This document shows, piece by piece, positions 12,043 through 27,150 of a DNA stretch of 64,000 bases (positions are counted from its first letter, which is position 1; each line of letters begins with the position of its first letter). The translations under genes were made by a program, and so were the position numbers. The notes below the pieces were generated by a model. That model made no database searches. It had not been told where the DNA came from and saw only the letters and a list, made by a program, of their open reading frames with translations. This stretch comes from a phage. The stretch lies in sequence record PZ534512.1; one strand, written 5' to 3'.

Positions 12043-12093
12043 TCCCTATGTTTAACCTAGGGCATATAGAATTAAAGAATTAAGGATATAGTG

Positions 12094-12101
12094 TATTTAT
12101 A
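12094..12101 (-). promoter_or_regulatory. second TATAAATA box upstream of gene 19
   Basis: Plus-strand TATTTATA adjacent to the hairpin that follows the HNH ORF. Confidence 0.5.
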
Positions 12102-12102
12102 T

Positions 12103-12120
12103 GGCCTGCCGAAACAGGCC
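12103..12120 (-). terminator. hairpin after the HNH ORF
   Basis: GGCCTG-CCGAAA-CAGGCC immediately 3' of the HNH ORF on the minus strand. Confidence 0.4.
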
Positions 12121-12127
12121 TTTAGAA

Positions 12128-12745
12128 TCATTCTAGTAAATCCCAAAGATCTACACTATTTCTTTTTGATTTTTCTCGGTTAGATTCCCAAGTGATTATT
12201 TCTAAATTATTAATACCGCCAATTATTTTAGCAGGAATTAAATTATCAAAACCATATTTGATAGATACCTTATGATCAAGTTGGTAAGCACCTTTTGTAC
12301 CGCACACTCCTATTTTATCAGCATTTGGCCATTTTGACCAAATTTTCTTATGCTTACGAGTTTCTTTATATACCAATGAAATATATTCACGCATTTCAGA
12401 TTTATTTGGGTTCCATCTTGGATGATTTACGCCATGCATACATTCTACTGTTTTTCCTTTATTCGCGGAACCATATGAATTATTGCGCATTTTATCTTTA
12501 TGACGGCAATCACGACAAATATCAGTATTTCTTCCAATGCGTTGGTTATATTCAATTCCACATTTATCGCAACGACATTTTACATACGCGGTACTACCTT
12601 TAATGTCTTCAACTTTAACATCAATTTCATAATACCTAAATCCATGTTTAACCGCTCCAAGAGGTGTTAATTTATAACCCTTTGATTGATAATGTTTAAA
12701 ATTTGATGGTACAATTTTCACTTTAACAAACTTAGAAATAATCAC
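12128..12745 (-). CDS. free-standing HNH homing endonuclease (about 205 aa if GTG start at 12745)
   Basis: C-terminal HNH-type motif (QLDHKVSIKYGF...NNLEIITWESN) and Cys-rich zinc-binding region (CRCDKCG...CRDCRH); the ORF-track N-terminus (to 12784) runs through the gene-18 terminator hairpin, so a GTG at 12745 preceded by GAGGAAA is the preferred start. Confidence 0.7.
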   Translation of the reverse strand: MIISKFVKVKIVPSNFKHYQSKGYKLTPLGAVKHGFRYYEIDVKVEDIKGSTAYVKCRCDKCGIEYNQRIGRNTDICRDCRHKDKMRNNSYGSANKGKTVECMHGVNHPRWNPNKSEMREYISLVYKETRKHKKIWSKWPNADKIGVCGTKGAYQLDHKVSIKYGFDNLIPAKIIGGINNLEIITWESNREKSKRNSVDLWDLLE

Positions 12746-12762
12746 TTGTTTCCTCGAGAATA

Positions 12763-12776
12763 GGGGCCGAAGCCCC
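12763..12776 (-). terminator. hairpin after gene 18
   Basis: GGGGC-TTCG-GCCCC (minus-strand reading) right after the gene 18 stop; same hairpin as at 3157 and 44130. Confidence 0.5.
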
Positions 12777-12784
12777 ATAATCAA

Positions 12785-14764
12785 TTAACCTGCAAGACCT
12801 GTTAACTCATCAAAGTCCGCACCAGTAGCAGTTGCGACGAAATTCAAAGTAATATAATTTATACTGCGCGCCGGTTGGATGTAGAATGTTGCAACAAACT
12901 CATTTCTATCAATTACTGATGGAGTGTTATTTGTTGTATCGCAAACTACACGATATTCATAAATTCCACCGAGAGCTTTAATTCCCTGTAAGTACTGGGA
13001 AGTTTCTGTGCGGAACGATGAACGAGTAAACGCGTTGTTTAATTCGAACAAACGATATTTTGAACTACGTCCGATATTCGTTTTCAACATATTAAACAGA
13101 CGACGAACGTTAATACGATCAAATGGAGAAGGAACAGAAGTAGCTGTTTTATCACCATACAATACGTAACCATCACCACCTGTACCAGTTACTGGGTTGA
13201 TAGCTTCTTGGTATAAACGGTCGCGCTGCGCCTGGCGAGTTTCAATAGCAAGTTTAATAACGTTAAGAATCTGGCCACGATTATAACCAGCTGGAGACAT
13301 CCAAGTCTGAGAAACGTTATCTGTTCTCGCGCATAAACCAGCAATATCAGCTGCTAATGGAACCCAACGATTTACATCATTATATTTGTCATACTGATAC
13401 TTGTAGTTACCATCAATTGCTGCGTAGGTTGAACTGATATTAAAGTTATTATCAGTGTATGAACCTGCTGCAGTTCTCCAATTGACTAAGTTATCAACAG
13501 CACGAGTTACAGGAATTCCAACTACAGTTTCACGCGGTGGTGAGCACAGTACTAAGCAATCTTGGCGAGCATCCCCAATTGAAACAACGTGTTTTTGGAC
13601 AGTAGATGCTGTTTCTAAAGATTCACCGGCACAAGAACCCGCAATAAACAACTGAACATCAACAGATTCGCGGTCAGCAAAGAAGTCCCAAGCTTCCATC
13701 AAATCTCCTGCTGTTACTTCAGCATTTGATGATAAACCACCAGACAGAGTTAAAATTCCAGAGAAGCCTTCTGGCCAGTTTTGTGCAGTTGCGAAAATAT
13801 ATTCTGAACCACCTTTTGCGAAAAAGTCATCAATATAGATGTTACTATCGTAAATATCTTTTTCACCACGCTTTGTTGAAAGAACAACGCTTTGAACAAT
13901 AGCATCATTGCGACGAACTATAATAGCGTATTGTGAGTCAGTTTGTGGTCCATATCCAAACACTGCTTTAGCAGTAGATGCGCGTGTTCCGCCACCTGGA
14001 TAAATTGGGAGTAATGCAGAAGCCCCTTTTGCGTAGTCAGCTTTAGATACGATTTCAATTTCGATTTTATCGCCCAACTCGCCTGGATAAAGAGCTACTA
14101 CTCCTGGAATTCCATATTTTTCGAGATTTGCTTGAAAGTCAACAGCTGTCATAGCAGCTTCGGCATTTTCAATTTCAGCTAATAAAATACCAGAATCAGT
14201 AATAATTTTTCCAAGAGTTATTACTGCAGCTAAACCAGAGGAAGACGAAGAAATTTCCGCAGTCCAGTTAGAACCTAATGTTGGATATTCACCGACTTCT
14301 TTCGCTTTAGCGATAATTTTTGCAGTAGGAATATTAATTTTCTTAATTTTTCCATCAGCATCTACTTCGGTAACTTTACATTCTGTTTCAATGTCTTCTG
14401 AAACATACTTAACCGTGATTTTATCTCCAACCGCGTAGTTACTACCTGGAGTAGAAATAGTGTATTCAATATTACCGGCAATCGGAGATGAGTTTTTAGC
14501 GGTATCTCTATCGACAGCACGCACAACTCGCAAATCATTTCCGTATTGTAAGAAATTCATTGCAGACATAAAATAGTCAGCAGTTTCAGCTGTAGGTTGA
14601 CCAAAAGTATTAACTAAATCTACTTCATTTGTAACCTGTTTAATTTGAAAAGCAGGACCCCACTGGAATTTACCGGCCAAAGCTGCTGTACCAGTAGAGT
14701 TATTAACCACGGTGCTTTGAACCGTAGTTTCTTTGAGCTCAATGCCCGGAGATAATAAAGTCAT
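12785..14764 (-). CDS. 18: gp18 tail sheath protein (659 aa)
   Basis: 659 aa as in T4 gp18; late promoter at 14793-14800. Confidence 0.95.
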   Translation of the reverse strand: MTLLSPGIELKETTVQSTVVNNSTGTAALAGKFQWGPAFQIKQVTNEVDLVNTFGQPTAETADYFMSAMNFLQYGNDLRVVRAVDRDTAKNSSPIAGNIEYTISTPGSNYAVGDKITVKYVSEDIETECKVTEVDADGKIKKINIPTAKIIAKAKEVGEYPTLGSNWTAEISSSSSGLAAVITLGKIITDSGILLAEIENAEAAMTAVDFQANLEKYGIPGVVALYPGELGDKIEIEIVSKADYAKGASALLPIYPGGGTRASTAKAVFGYGPQTDSQYAIIVRRNDAIVQSVVLSTKRGEKDIYDSNIYIDDFFAKGGSEYIFATAQNWPEGFSGILTLSGGLSSNAEVTAGDLMEAWDFFADRESVDVQLFIAGSCAGESLETASTVQKHVVSIGDARQDCLVLCSPPRETVVGIPVTRAVDNLVNWRTAAGSYTDNNFNISSTYAAIDGNYKYQYDKYNDVNRWVPLAADIAGLCARTDNVSQTWMSPAGYNRGQILNVIKLAIETRQAQRDRLYQEAINPVTGTGGDGYVLYGDKTATSVPSPFDRINVRRLFNMLKTNIGRSSKYRLFELNNAFTRSSFRTETSQYLQGIKALGGIYEYRVVCDTTNNTPSVIDRNEFVATFYIQPARSINYITLNFVATATGADFDELTGLAG

Positions 14765-14792
14765 TTTTAATCCTCTTTAATATGCTTTAATA

Positions 14793-17933
<3,141 letters not shown>

Positions 17934-17974
17934 GATTTCTCCTAATCTGGGCTTTAATTAGTTTATAATATTTA

Positions 17975-19676
<1,702 letters not shown>

Positions 19677-19680
19677 TTAA

Positions 19681-19706
19681 AAATCCTTTGGGGCCTTGCG
19701 GCCCCA
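19681..19706 (-). terminator. intrinsic terminator after wac
   Basis: GGGGCC-TTGC-GGCCCC with a minus-strand U-run (plus AAAAA at 19681-19685). Confidence 0.6.
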
Positions 19707-19708
19707 TG

Positions 19709-21172
19709 TTATGCTGGTGATAAAAAGGTAGAAAGTAATACCCACTCGCCGTCTTTACGAACGTAAGCTTGACCATCTTTTGGAGCTTCAGGAATATAAC
19801 CTGCTTCTTGTAGAGCTTGAACATCACCTTGCAGAGAAGATATACTACCTTTGGCTGTATTCACTTCTTGTGTAACTGATGCGATGTTGGTTTCGTTAGC
19901 TTTTATTGAATTGGTTAATCCACGTTCTTCAACAGTTGAACCGTTTGGATTAGTTCCATTTACTAAAGTATTTAACGCTACAACTTGCCCTTTAATTCCT
20001 GTGCTGTTATTACCAATCTCTACTTGTAGGTTTTGAACATCGTTATTCAAGCCTGAAACAGAAGTTTCAATTGTAGAAACTCGGTTTAAAAGAGACCCAG
20101 GAGGAGAAGGTTGTCCACCGCTAGAATCAGTTCCAACAATTTGGTTTAACCATGAAACATTCGCTCTTAAACCAGATGAAGTGTTTTCACCGACGATTCC
20201 ATTTAGAGCTTCGATTGAAGTTGTATTATCTTTGATTTGGCCTTTAATACTCGAAGGAATATCATCTGAACCAATAGAAGTTTCAATAACGGTTAAACGC
20301 TGTTTAATACCTCCACTTTGATTTAGCTCTAAATTAATAGATGCAATATTATCAGTGTTTGTATTAACACTCGTAATAATCGAATTATTTCCTGGATATC
20401 CTATTGAGGTCTTAATAGCACTAATGTCAGATTCAACTGTTGTCTGTTTAGTGTCAATTTCATTTAAACGACTGTAGATGTTTTGTGAAAATGACGGTGG
20501 TTTCGGTCCAAGCTCTTCGCGAAGATTACCAACTTCAATAGTTAAAGAACCTACATCAGATTCAATGAATTTTGTTTCTAATTCGCTTAAACGTATTCCC
20601 TGTGAAGTGATGACATCAGTATTATTAATGATGCGATGCTTCATTCCTGTGCTAGGATTTCCTACAACAGGAAGACCATTAATATCTTGACCTGTGTATT
20701 GTCCAAGTTCACGCTTTATCCATAGTAAATCATTTCTGATCGTTCTGTATACAGAGTTGGCCTCGGAGTTAAATGGACCAATATCAGCAAGAATGCTGTC
20801 AACTGTACTATTAGTTCCATTTAATATTTCTGTATGTTCACTGGTTAGCGTTTTAAGGTCAGAAATATCATTTTTATTGATACTTATTTGGGCCAAAGCT
20901 TCAATATCACCAGATACATCTAAGATGCCCTGAATTGTTTTAATATCACTATTTGCGGTTTCTAAAGATGTTTTAAGTATTCCAATGTTTTTATCAAGAA
21001 CTTCAACATTTCTTAGTACAGAAACTGTAGGTCTATTCATTGAACCTTCGCTTCCATACTGTGTGTCAGCTCCTAATATTTCTTCGCCGTTTTTAATCCA
21101 GGAAATGCGGCTCTGGCCCTCTGCAGGAGGGCCGTCAACGAATGGTAAGTCATTCAGTACAATATCTGTCAT
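19709..21172 (-). CDS. wac: Fibritin, whisker antigen control (487 aa)
   Basis: 487 aa coiled-coil protein; C-terminal foldon-like [27 protein letters not shown]. Confidence 0.92.
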   Translation of the reverse strand: MTDIVLNDLPFVDGPPAEGQSRISWIKNGEEILGADTQYGSEGSMNRPTVSVLRNVEVLDKNIGILKTSLETANSDIKTIQGILDVSGDIEALAQISINKNDISDLKTLTSEHTEILNGTNSTVDSILADIGPFNSEANSVYRTIRNDLLWIKRELGQYTGQDINGLPVVGNPSTGMKHRIINNTDVITSQGIRLSELETKFIESDVGSLTIEVGNLREELGPKPPSFSQNIYSRLNEIDTKQTTVESDISAIKTSIGYPGNNSIITSVNTNTDNIASINLELNQSGGIKQRLTVIETSIGSDDIPSSIKGQIKDNTTSIEALNGIVGENTSSGLRANVSWLNQIVGTDSSGGQPSPPGSLLNRVSTIETSVSGLNNDVQNLQVEIGNNSTGIKGQVVALNTLVNGTNPNGSTVEERGLTNSIKANETNIASVTQEVNTAKGSISSLQGDVQALQEAGYIPEAPKDGQAYVRKDGEWVLLSTFLSPA

Positions 21173-22752
21173 TCTTTTACCTTAATTATGTAGTTTAAAG
21201 AAATGTTCCATGGACGTGTTTCATTTCCAATTAATTCAGGACGATTTAATGTATATTTGGAATTTCGTTGTGATGCTGGGTCAATTTCATAACCGTCATT
21301 GGTGAAGTATGAACGGTTATCCCAGTCAAGTCCTTTACGTGTACCAACAAAATTTGATCTGCGGGTATTACCGAATGCTCCAGAATCATCATGCTCACCA
21401 AATCCGCCAGCGTGTTTATGATAAGACATCTGCTGTTTTTGTACTTCGCCAACATATCCACCGGTACAACCTACGCCTAATCTAGGCTTGCCAAATTGGT
21501 CATTACCATTAACGTTTGGATTTGTTAAGTGAGAGCCACGACCAGAGCCGCGAACAAAAAGGCCACGCATATCAGGTAATCCAGGATTTGATGAACTTCC
21601 GCCGTATCTTGTTCCAATTCTAGAAGCATATAATGGACAATCTGATGCTGAAACAGTTCCGCCATGACAGAAGCGCCAAGCATCACTAGGAAGGCTATCA
21701 GCCGCCCACATCATAATAGCTCCGACAGGAATAGTTCTATCTATTTCATTCTGCGTTACAACACGCTTACCTTGAATATAACCACCGGTCATGTTAACTG
21801 TTCCGGTAATATTTGCTCCGCCTGAAGCTATTGTGAGCGTATTATTAATGCGAAGTGTTCCATTAATCGTTTGACCACCTCTTTGGTGGATAACGTCAGC
21901 ATTCCAAGCTAGTGCTGATGAAGCATCACCTCCACTCTGTGAGCCGGCGGTTGTAGTTAATTTAACTACGCCTCTCATTGACGTTGTAGAACCACGACCA
22001 TTAAGAGTTGCGCCAGTAACCGCAACAGAAGCATTATTCGAGTTAACTTCTGATTGTGTTCCTAATTTAATTACGCCTTTATATTCTTCAGTAGCAGTAG
22101 AATTCATTAACGTATAAGGAGAAATTGCATAGCCTTCTCTTAATGTTCCTTGACGAACTTGAGCTACTGTCGCTAATTGAACAACACCTTGGTCCGATTC
22201 GGTAGCTGTGGTTTCAGAAGGAGCGATTTGCGCAATTAATTTAATAGCTAACTGTTGTGTTTTTAATGGAGTCATCGCAGTAGTATCATCTGCGCCAGCT
22301 AATGCTTGCGGTAGAGATGAAATTTTAATAACTCCATTTGATGATTCAGTTGAAACACGAGTTTCAAAGGCATTATCAAGGGCAACAGTAAATTTAGCAG
22401 GAGTTATAGAAGATTCATTATTAACTCCGGCAATTGCTTCATCATTGGTTGAATATCTTGTTAATCCGTAAACAGTTTCAGTTGCGTTTGGATAAGATAA
22501 TCTTGTTGCCAACGTTGCTGGTGTAACTGCTTTGGTATTATCAGTTCCGTCGATAACTTCCTGTTCAGTGGCAAGAAATAAAATTCCCTTTGTTGTTGAT
22601 GATGCGTCAGGAACTCCATTTACACCAGCAGGAGAAATGGCTGCTATAGCAGCCTGAACATCAGTAATCTCTGCTGGAAAATTTGTACCGGTTGGATCAA
22701 ATTTTACATAGCGAGATTCATTAGAAACGTGTTGATATGTATTATTACTCAT
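21169..22752 (-). CDS. 12: gp12 short tail fiber (527 aa)
   Basis: 527 aa as in T4 gp12; overlaps wac start. Confidence 0.9.
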   Translation of the reverse strand: MSNNTYQHVSNESRYVKFDPTGTNFPAEITDVQAAIAAISPAGVNGVPDASSTTKGILFLATEQEVIDGTDNTKAVTPATLATRLSYPNATETVYGLTRYSTNDEAIAGVNNESSITPAKFTVALDNAFETRVSTESSNGVIKISSLPQALAGADDTTAMTPLKTQQLAIKLIAQIAPSETTATESDQGVVQLATVAQVRQGTLREGYAISPYTLMNSTATEEYKGVIKLGTQSEVNSNNASVAVTGATLNGRGSTTSMRGVVKLTTTAGSQSGGDASSALAWNADVIHQRGGQTINGTLRINNTLTIASGGANITGTVNMTGGYIQGKRVVTQNEIDRTIPVGAIMMWAADSLPSDAWRFCHGGTVSASDCPLYASRIGTRYGGSSSNPGLPDMRGLFVRGSGRGSHLTNPNVNGNDQFGKPRLGVGCTGGYVGEVQKQQMSYHKHAGGFGEHDDSGAFGNTRRSNFVGTRKGLDWDNRSYFTNDGYEIDPASQRNSKYTLNRPELIGNETRPWNISLNYIIKVKE

Positions 22753-23408
22753 GCTGTTCTCTCAAAATGATAAAGTACTATTGGAGTTTGCTGATTATCT
22801 AAAGTTACAGTTTGTGCACCAAGCAAATTCCATGTGCCATATCCAGGCTTAGATTCTGAAATAATTTCTTGGGAAATAGTTATTCCATATGTAGAATATG
22901 TGCTTAATACATGTTTTTGATTATCTAAATAAGTAACTTCTAATTTACTACCATCAGTTGGATGGTCTTTATATGAATTGATAGCAGTAAATGACGCAAT
23001 AGCTTCTTGTAGCGCAACGCGAACTTTGGCAACAAACTCGATAGCTGTCATTCCGGTTGTTGCTGAAACCGGAAGACCAAATACTAATACAGTAACAGGA
23101 GAACCAGGAGGAAGCGAATCATCTGTCACAGTTCCTGAAAATGCCCAATAATCAGTTTGAGAAACACCCTCAGGAGAAACACCAGTTTTATTAGTAATAA
23201 TTGTACCAACGTCTTTTATAGAAAAATTATGAACATCATTAATAGCTGATTCTACGTTTGGTTCATAAAATCCTTTCGCTAATTGAGAAATTGTCACTGA
23301 CCCAACTGATTGACGATTCATTACATCGATGTCGCCAGTTTTAGGTCTAAAACCAAGAAAATCGGCTAAGCGGGAAATAACTCCCGCTTTATTATTAAGT
23401 AAACTCAT
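22749..23408 (-). CDS. 11: gp11 baseplate wedge / short tail fiber attachment (219 aa from ATG at 23408)
   Basis: ATG at 23408 overlaps the gene-10 stop (TAATG) and gives T4-like 219 aa; ORF track extends to 23426. Confidence 0.88.
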   Translation of the reverse strand: MSLLNNKAGVISRLADFLGFRPKTGDIDVMNRQSVGSVTISQLAKGFYEPNVESAINDVHNFSIKDVGTIITNKTGVSPEGVSQTDYWAFSGTVTDDSLPPGSPVTVLVFGLPVSATTGMTAIEFVAKVRVALQEAIASFTAINSYKDHPTDGSKLEVTYLDNQKHVLSTYSTYGITISQEIISESKPGYGTWNLLGAQTVTLDNQQTPIVLYHFERTA

Positions 23409-25216
23409 TATGCAATCCTTATCCAACGATAAACTGTAATATATGGTTGAATGTTAGTTATTGATGTTGGCGGAGTGTGAGTAGAGTTAGTAGATGCTTT
23501 AGCTTCACGGTATTTCGTGTAAACTGGACCAGATTCATCTGGATCGTATTGACATCCACCAACAATGACTGATCCATTTTCATCAACTATTAGAACTTCT
23601 TCATCTGTCTCAGTTGCAGGAAGATTAGCATTTTCCAATGTAACAGAAGTAGAACCACCTGTTCCGCCTGCAGTATGTGAAGGATTTCCACCCGAATCTA
23701 AATCGTTGTTATTTAGAGCAAAGTTAGGGTCTGAAATATCTTCATTCCATCCAACTAAAACTTTTCCTTGCCCAAATAATTTCCATGAGCCGAATCCCAT
23801 ATATGTAACAGGGTTATTTGGATTAACAGCGTTTTCATATATAGTTCCAATAGGATAAATCGTATCAAAGATATTTGAAACAGCATTAAATTCACGTTGA
23901 TAAGATTGAACTGCTTCTACATTTGGCCAACCAATTTTATCGAAGTCTGTTAAATTTACATCACCGGAAATATCTACTCCTGGTCCTTGCGATACATAGA
24001 GATTATCAGTTTCATCAATAATCTCATCTTTTGTTAATAATGTACCTAAATCATTATTAAACCAGGTGATATTAATAATGTCGCCATGCTCAAATACTCT
24101 ATCGAAGTGCAATGTTTCTGGTATGCCGTTTTCATCAGTTTCAACTGAATAGTCAGTATGAGACTGTTCCCAAGTTCCACCTAAAACAGAGCATTCTACT
24201 TCATCGTCTGAATCGGCACCAACGCAATGAAATAATGGCATTCCAACTGTTCCAGCCAATTCTTGTAAAATTCCATTAAAACGGACCTCAAGAGAATTAG
24301 GATTAATAGGTTCACCTGGAATTAATCCAAAAGCTGAAAACGGAATTGATTTCATTGTTGATAAATCAGTAACGTAAATGCTTCCTTCTAAAGAAGTCTT
24401 TGACGTTAATTTTGAATCTAACAATCTAATTTGACGTCTTGTATATGAACTTCTCCACTGCGATACACCATCCATAAATGTTTCAATTTGAACAGTGTCA
24501 CCAATATTACAAGGCTGTCTTAATCGAATATTAAATCCATCAAGAGGAACCAGTTCTCCTTCATTTTCGCCTGGAGAGCCAAAATCGCTGTTTTCGCTAA
24601 ATACATCACCGTAATACAATTCGTTACCGCGATGTTTTACTCTGATATTATTTACATTATAACTAGTTCCACGGAAAACATCTAAAAAGTCAGTTTGCCC
24701 TTGGACTTCGACTAAAAATTCTTTACGAGCTACATTACTAATGTCTGAACTGGTAATTTTGTCAATTTGCTTATTTTTGACATATTCCCAACGTCCTGGG
24801 GCGCAATACACTAATTCCAAATCGCTGAATTGAACATTAATTTCAACTGGTACTGCAGACCCTTTAATCGTATCACCGGAAGCAGCTACTAGTGTAACTG
24901 GATTAACGTTCCATGTAGCAAATACGTCTCTAGCTCTAATTACCTTGTTGTAATCATTAACTGTGCCCTTTGGAAGATTTATAGTCACTCTTCCAGAAGA
25001 TGTATTAATAGCGTATGATTTTCCCCATTCTGCTGTTAATGTTTGTCCTGATGAAGCATTATAAGTTTTCCAGGCACCGGCTGAATATGGAACATCACCA
25101 TCACCGAGTTCATAATAAAGCTCATCAAAGTTTTCATTTATTTTTATACCACCTTTACGCAGGTAGTCACCGGTACCATCATCTACAACATTACCGATAT
25201 TAATATTTTGTTTCAT
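23408..25216 (-). CDS. 10: gp10 baseplate wedge protein (602 aa)
   Basis: 602 aa as in T4 gp10. Confidence 0.9.
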   Translation of the reverse strand: MKQNINIGNVVDDGTGDYLRKGGIKINENFDELYYELGDGDVPYSAGAWKTYNASSGQTLTAEWGKSYAINTSSGRVTINLPKGTVNDYNKVIRARDVFATWNVNPVTLVAASGDTIKGSAVPVEINVQFSDLELVYCAPGRWEYVKNKQIDKITSSDISNVARKEFLVEVQGQTDFLDVFRGTSYNVNNIRVKHRGNELYYGDVFSENSDFGSPGENEGELVPLDGFNIRLRQPCNIGDTVQIETFMDGVSQWRSSYTRRQIRLLDSKLTSKTSLEGSIYVTDLSTMKSIPFSAFGLIPGEPINPNSLEVRFNGILQELAGTVGMPLFHCVGADSDDEVECSVLGGTWEQSHTDYSVETDENGIPETLHFDRVFEHGDIINITWFNNDLGTLLTKDEIIDETDNLYVSQGPGVDISGDVNLTDFDKIGWPNVEAVQSYQREFNAVSNIFDTIYPIGTIYENAVNPNNPVTYMGFGSWKLFGQGKVLVGWNEDISDPNFALNNNDLDSGGNPSHTAGGTGGSTSVTLENANLPATETDEEVLIVDENGSVIVGGCQYDPDESGPVYTKYREAKASTNSTHTPPTSITNIQPYITVYRWIRIA

Positions 25217-26082
25217 TATTGAGCCACCCCGATTTTCTGCGTAGCGATAACTTTAACTGCTGCTCTCATACCGACAGTTGAAGAACTTATAGTCGCCATT
25301 ACGTAATTTTCTTTAATACTAAATGCAATATTAGCGATTTCGTCTTCTTCGGTTTCATTCCCAACTCGCATGACAGCATATTCAGAAGAAATGACCTCTG
25401 AATTAACAGTATCCACAAGAATATTTATTTCTGCTGTTTTAATTTTTCTTCCATCTACTGATTGGCATGTAACTAGCAATTTAGCCATATTGTATTCAGT
25501 GCGATGAAATAATGGAATATCAACTGATCCGGATGTAGAAATATTCCATGTACCTTCAGCTGGTGATTCCTTTTGTCCAAACATGCTTTCAATAGAATAA
25601 TTCCAAACCGATGTAGAATTATCAGATGAAATACAGCGTAAAGTTACTTTACTATATGGGCTAGTTACTACTAAATTACCCGAAACACCTTTAATTGAGT
25701 CAATCGCTTGAATCGTTAAAGGATTAGTAACTGATATAGATCCATTTGAGTTAATAAATTCAACACAGTCGCCAAGTTCGCCTCTTTCAATGATAACTTT
25801 AACACCTACAGTAGAGGTATCAATATCATGCCTAGTGCCAACTTTTACTGGAGTTGCGTACTCTGCAATAGAGTGTTTTTGATAATATCCAGTAGCATGA
25901 ATAATTTGGCCATCTGCTCCAGTTCCATTTGCTACTGCCATTTTACGTTGATCGCCAAACGCATTATAAATTGCGTTAAAATCACTATTAATTTTATTAC
26001 CACCGTCGAATAAGATATCACCAGTAGAAGCGTTACCAATTTCGCCGGTATCAATCAATTTCTTTGGTTCTTGAATGAACAT
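25216..26082 (-). CDS. 9: gp9 baseplate wedge, long tail fiber socket (288 aa)
   Basis: 288 aa as in T4 gp9. Confidence 0.9.
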   Translation of the reverse strand: MFIQEPKKLIDTGEIGNASTGDILFDGGNKINSDFNAIYNAFGDQRKMAVANGTGADGQIIHATGYYQKHSIAEYATPVKVGTRHDIDTSTVGVKVIIERGELGDCVEFINSNGSISVTNPLTIQAIDSIKGVSGNLVVTSPYSKVTLRCISSDNSTSVWNYSIESMFGQKESPAEGTWNISTSGSVDIPLFHRTEYNMAKLLVTCQSVDGRKIKTAEINILVDTVNSEVISSEYAVMRVGNETEEDEIANIAFSIKENYVMATISSSTVGMRAAVKVIATQKIGVAQ

Positions 26083-26106
26083 AGCGGTTTCCTTATGAGT
26101 TTATAG

Positions 26107-26114
26107 TATTTATA
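26107..26114 (-). promoter_or_regulatory. late promoter (TATAAATA) for gene 9
   Basis: Plus-strand TATTTATA about 25 nt upstream of the gene 9 start. Confidence 0.6.
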
Positions 26115-26120
26115 AAGAAA

Positions 26121-26140
26121 AAGGGAGCCCATGGGCTCCC
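26121..26140 (-). terminator. hairpin after gene 8
   Basis: GGGAGCCC-AT-GGGCTCCC with a minus-strand U-rich tail, directly upstream of the gene 9 late promoter. Confidence 0.6.
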
Positions 26141-26145
26141 TTAAG

Positions 26146-27150
26146 TTAAAATGTAAACAGAATATTGATTTCTTCTGTTTGATCCATTGCCATGATAATA
26201 GGTGGCCTATTTTCCATATAAATCATTTCGCCCGAATGCCTCATTAAATCTTCCGGATCATAATAATCCTTTTCAGCTTTAACGTTTGGGTCATTTGGAT
26301 TAGCTTTAGCTTCAAGAGGATTCGTGATTATTGATATTTGTCTAAATCCTTTATTTCCCGGCAATGCAGCTTCAGGAAAATAAACTGAATCTAAATATGC
26401 TTTAAAACGGATAGTATTTGCCTTAACACGGTAAATTAATCCAAAATCATCTTGCTGCCAAGTGAGATTATCTTCATACCCCCATCTAGTCGGGTCTTCT
26501 TTTAATTCCTCAGGCCAAGGAACCACGATATATTCATTCGTGCATCTATTTATAGATACATCAGGCGGAATCTCAAATAGATATTCCCACACATACCCGT
26601 CCCCAGGTTCAATTGTTCCTTCAGCATCTCCTCGACCTTCAGGAGGAGTCATTGACCTAGCAGAAGGAGTCCATTTTCCACCTAACTTAAGGCATTCATC
26701 TTTATCAGTTAAAGATGCTATTGAACACATTCCGGTATCAGGAACATCTAAACAACGATATACTAACCAGCCTGCGCCAGATTCAGTAGCATTGTAAGGA
26801 GCTGAGTTACACACTACAATATCGTTAATTCTAAATGTATATGGATCCGGATATCTAGTATCTCCCCAATCTCGACGAGGAATAACTGCATCAAGCATAG
26901 ATGGAAGAACCTTCACGGTTCCCATCATATGAGTCCACATGTCAGTTACACCTAATACGGAATCGGTAGGATAAGGTGGAGCAAAGCCCACCTCATTTTC
27001 ATTTGATGACCACGGTTCTGATCTTCCAAATGTGATAAAGATAGTGTTTTTATCCGGACCACTTCCAATTGAATTATAAAAATTCAACATTTTTTCTGTT
27101 CTAAATTTTGAAGTAACTATCGCACGATAGATAACACTTGAATCATTCAT
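26146..27150 (-). CDS. 8: gp8 baseplate wedge protein (334 aa)
   Basis: 334 aa as in T4 gp8. Confidence 0.9.
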   Translation of the reverse strand: MNDSSVIYRAIVTSKFRTEKMLNFYNSIGSGPDKNTIFITFGRSEPWSSNENEVGFAPPYPTDSVLGVTDMWTHMMGTVKVLPSMLDAVIPRRDWGDTRYPDPYTFRINDIVVCNSAPYNATESGAGWLVYRCLDVPDTGMCSIASLTDKDECLKLGGKWTPSARSMTPPEGRGDAEGTIEPGDGYVWEYLFEIPPDVSINRCTNEYIVVPWPEELKEDPTRWGYEDNLTWQQDDFGLIYRVKANTIRFKAYLDSVYFPEAALPGNKGFRQISIITNPLEAKANPNDPNVKAEKDYYDPEDLMRHSGEMIYMENRPPIIMAMDQTEEINILFTF

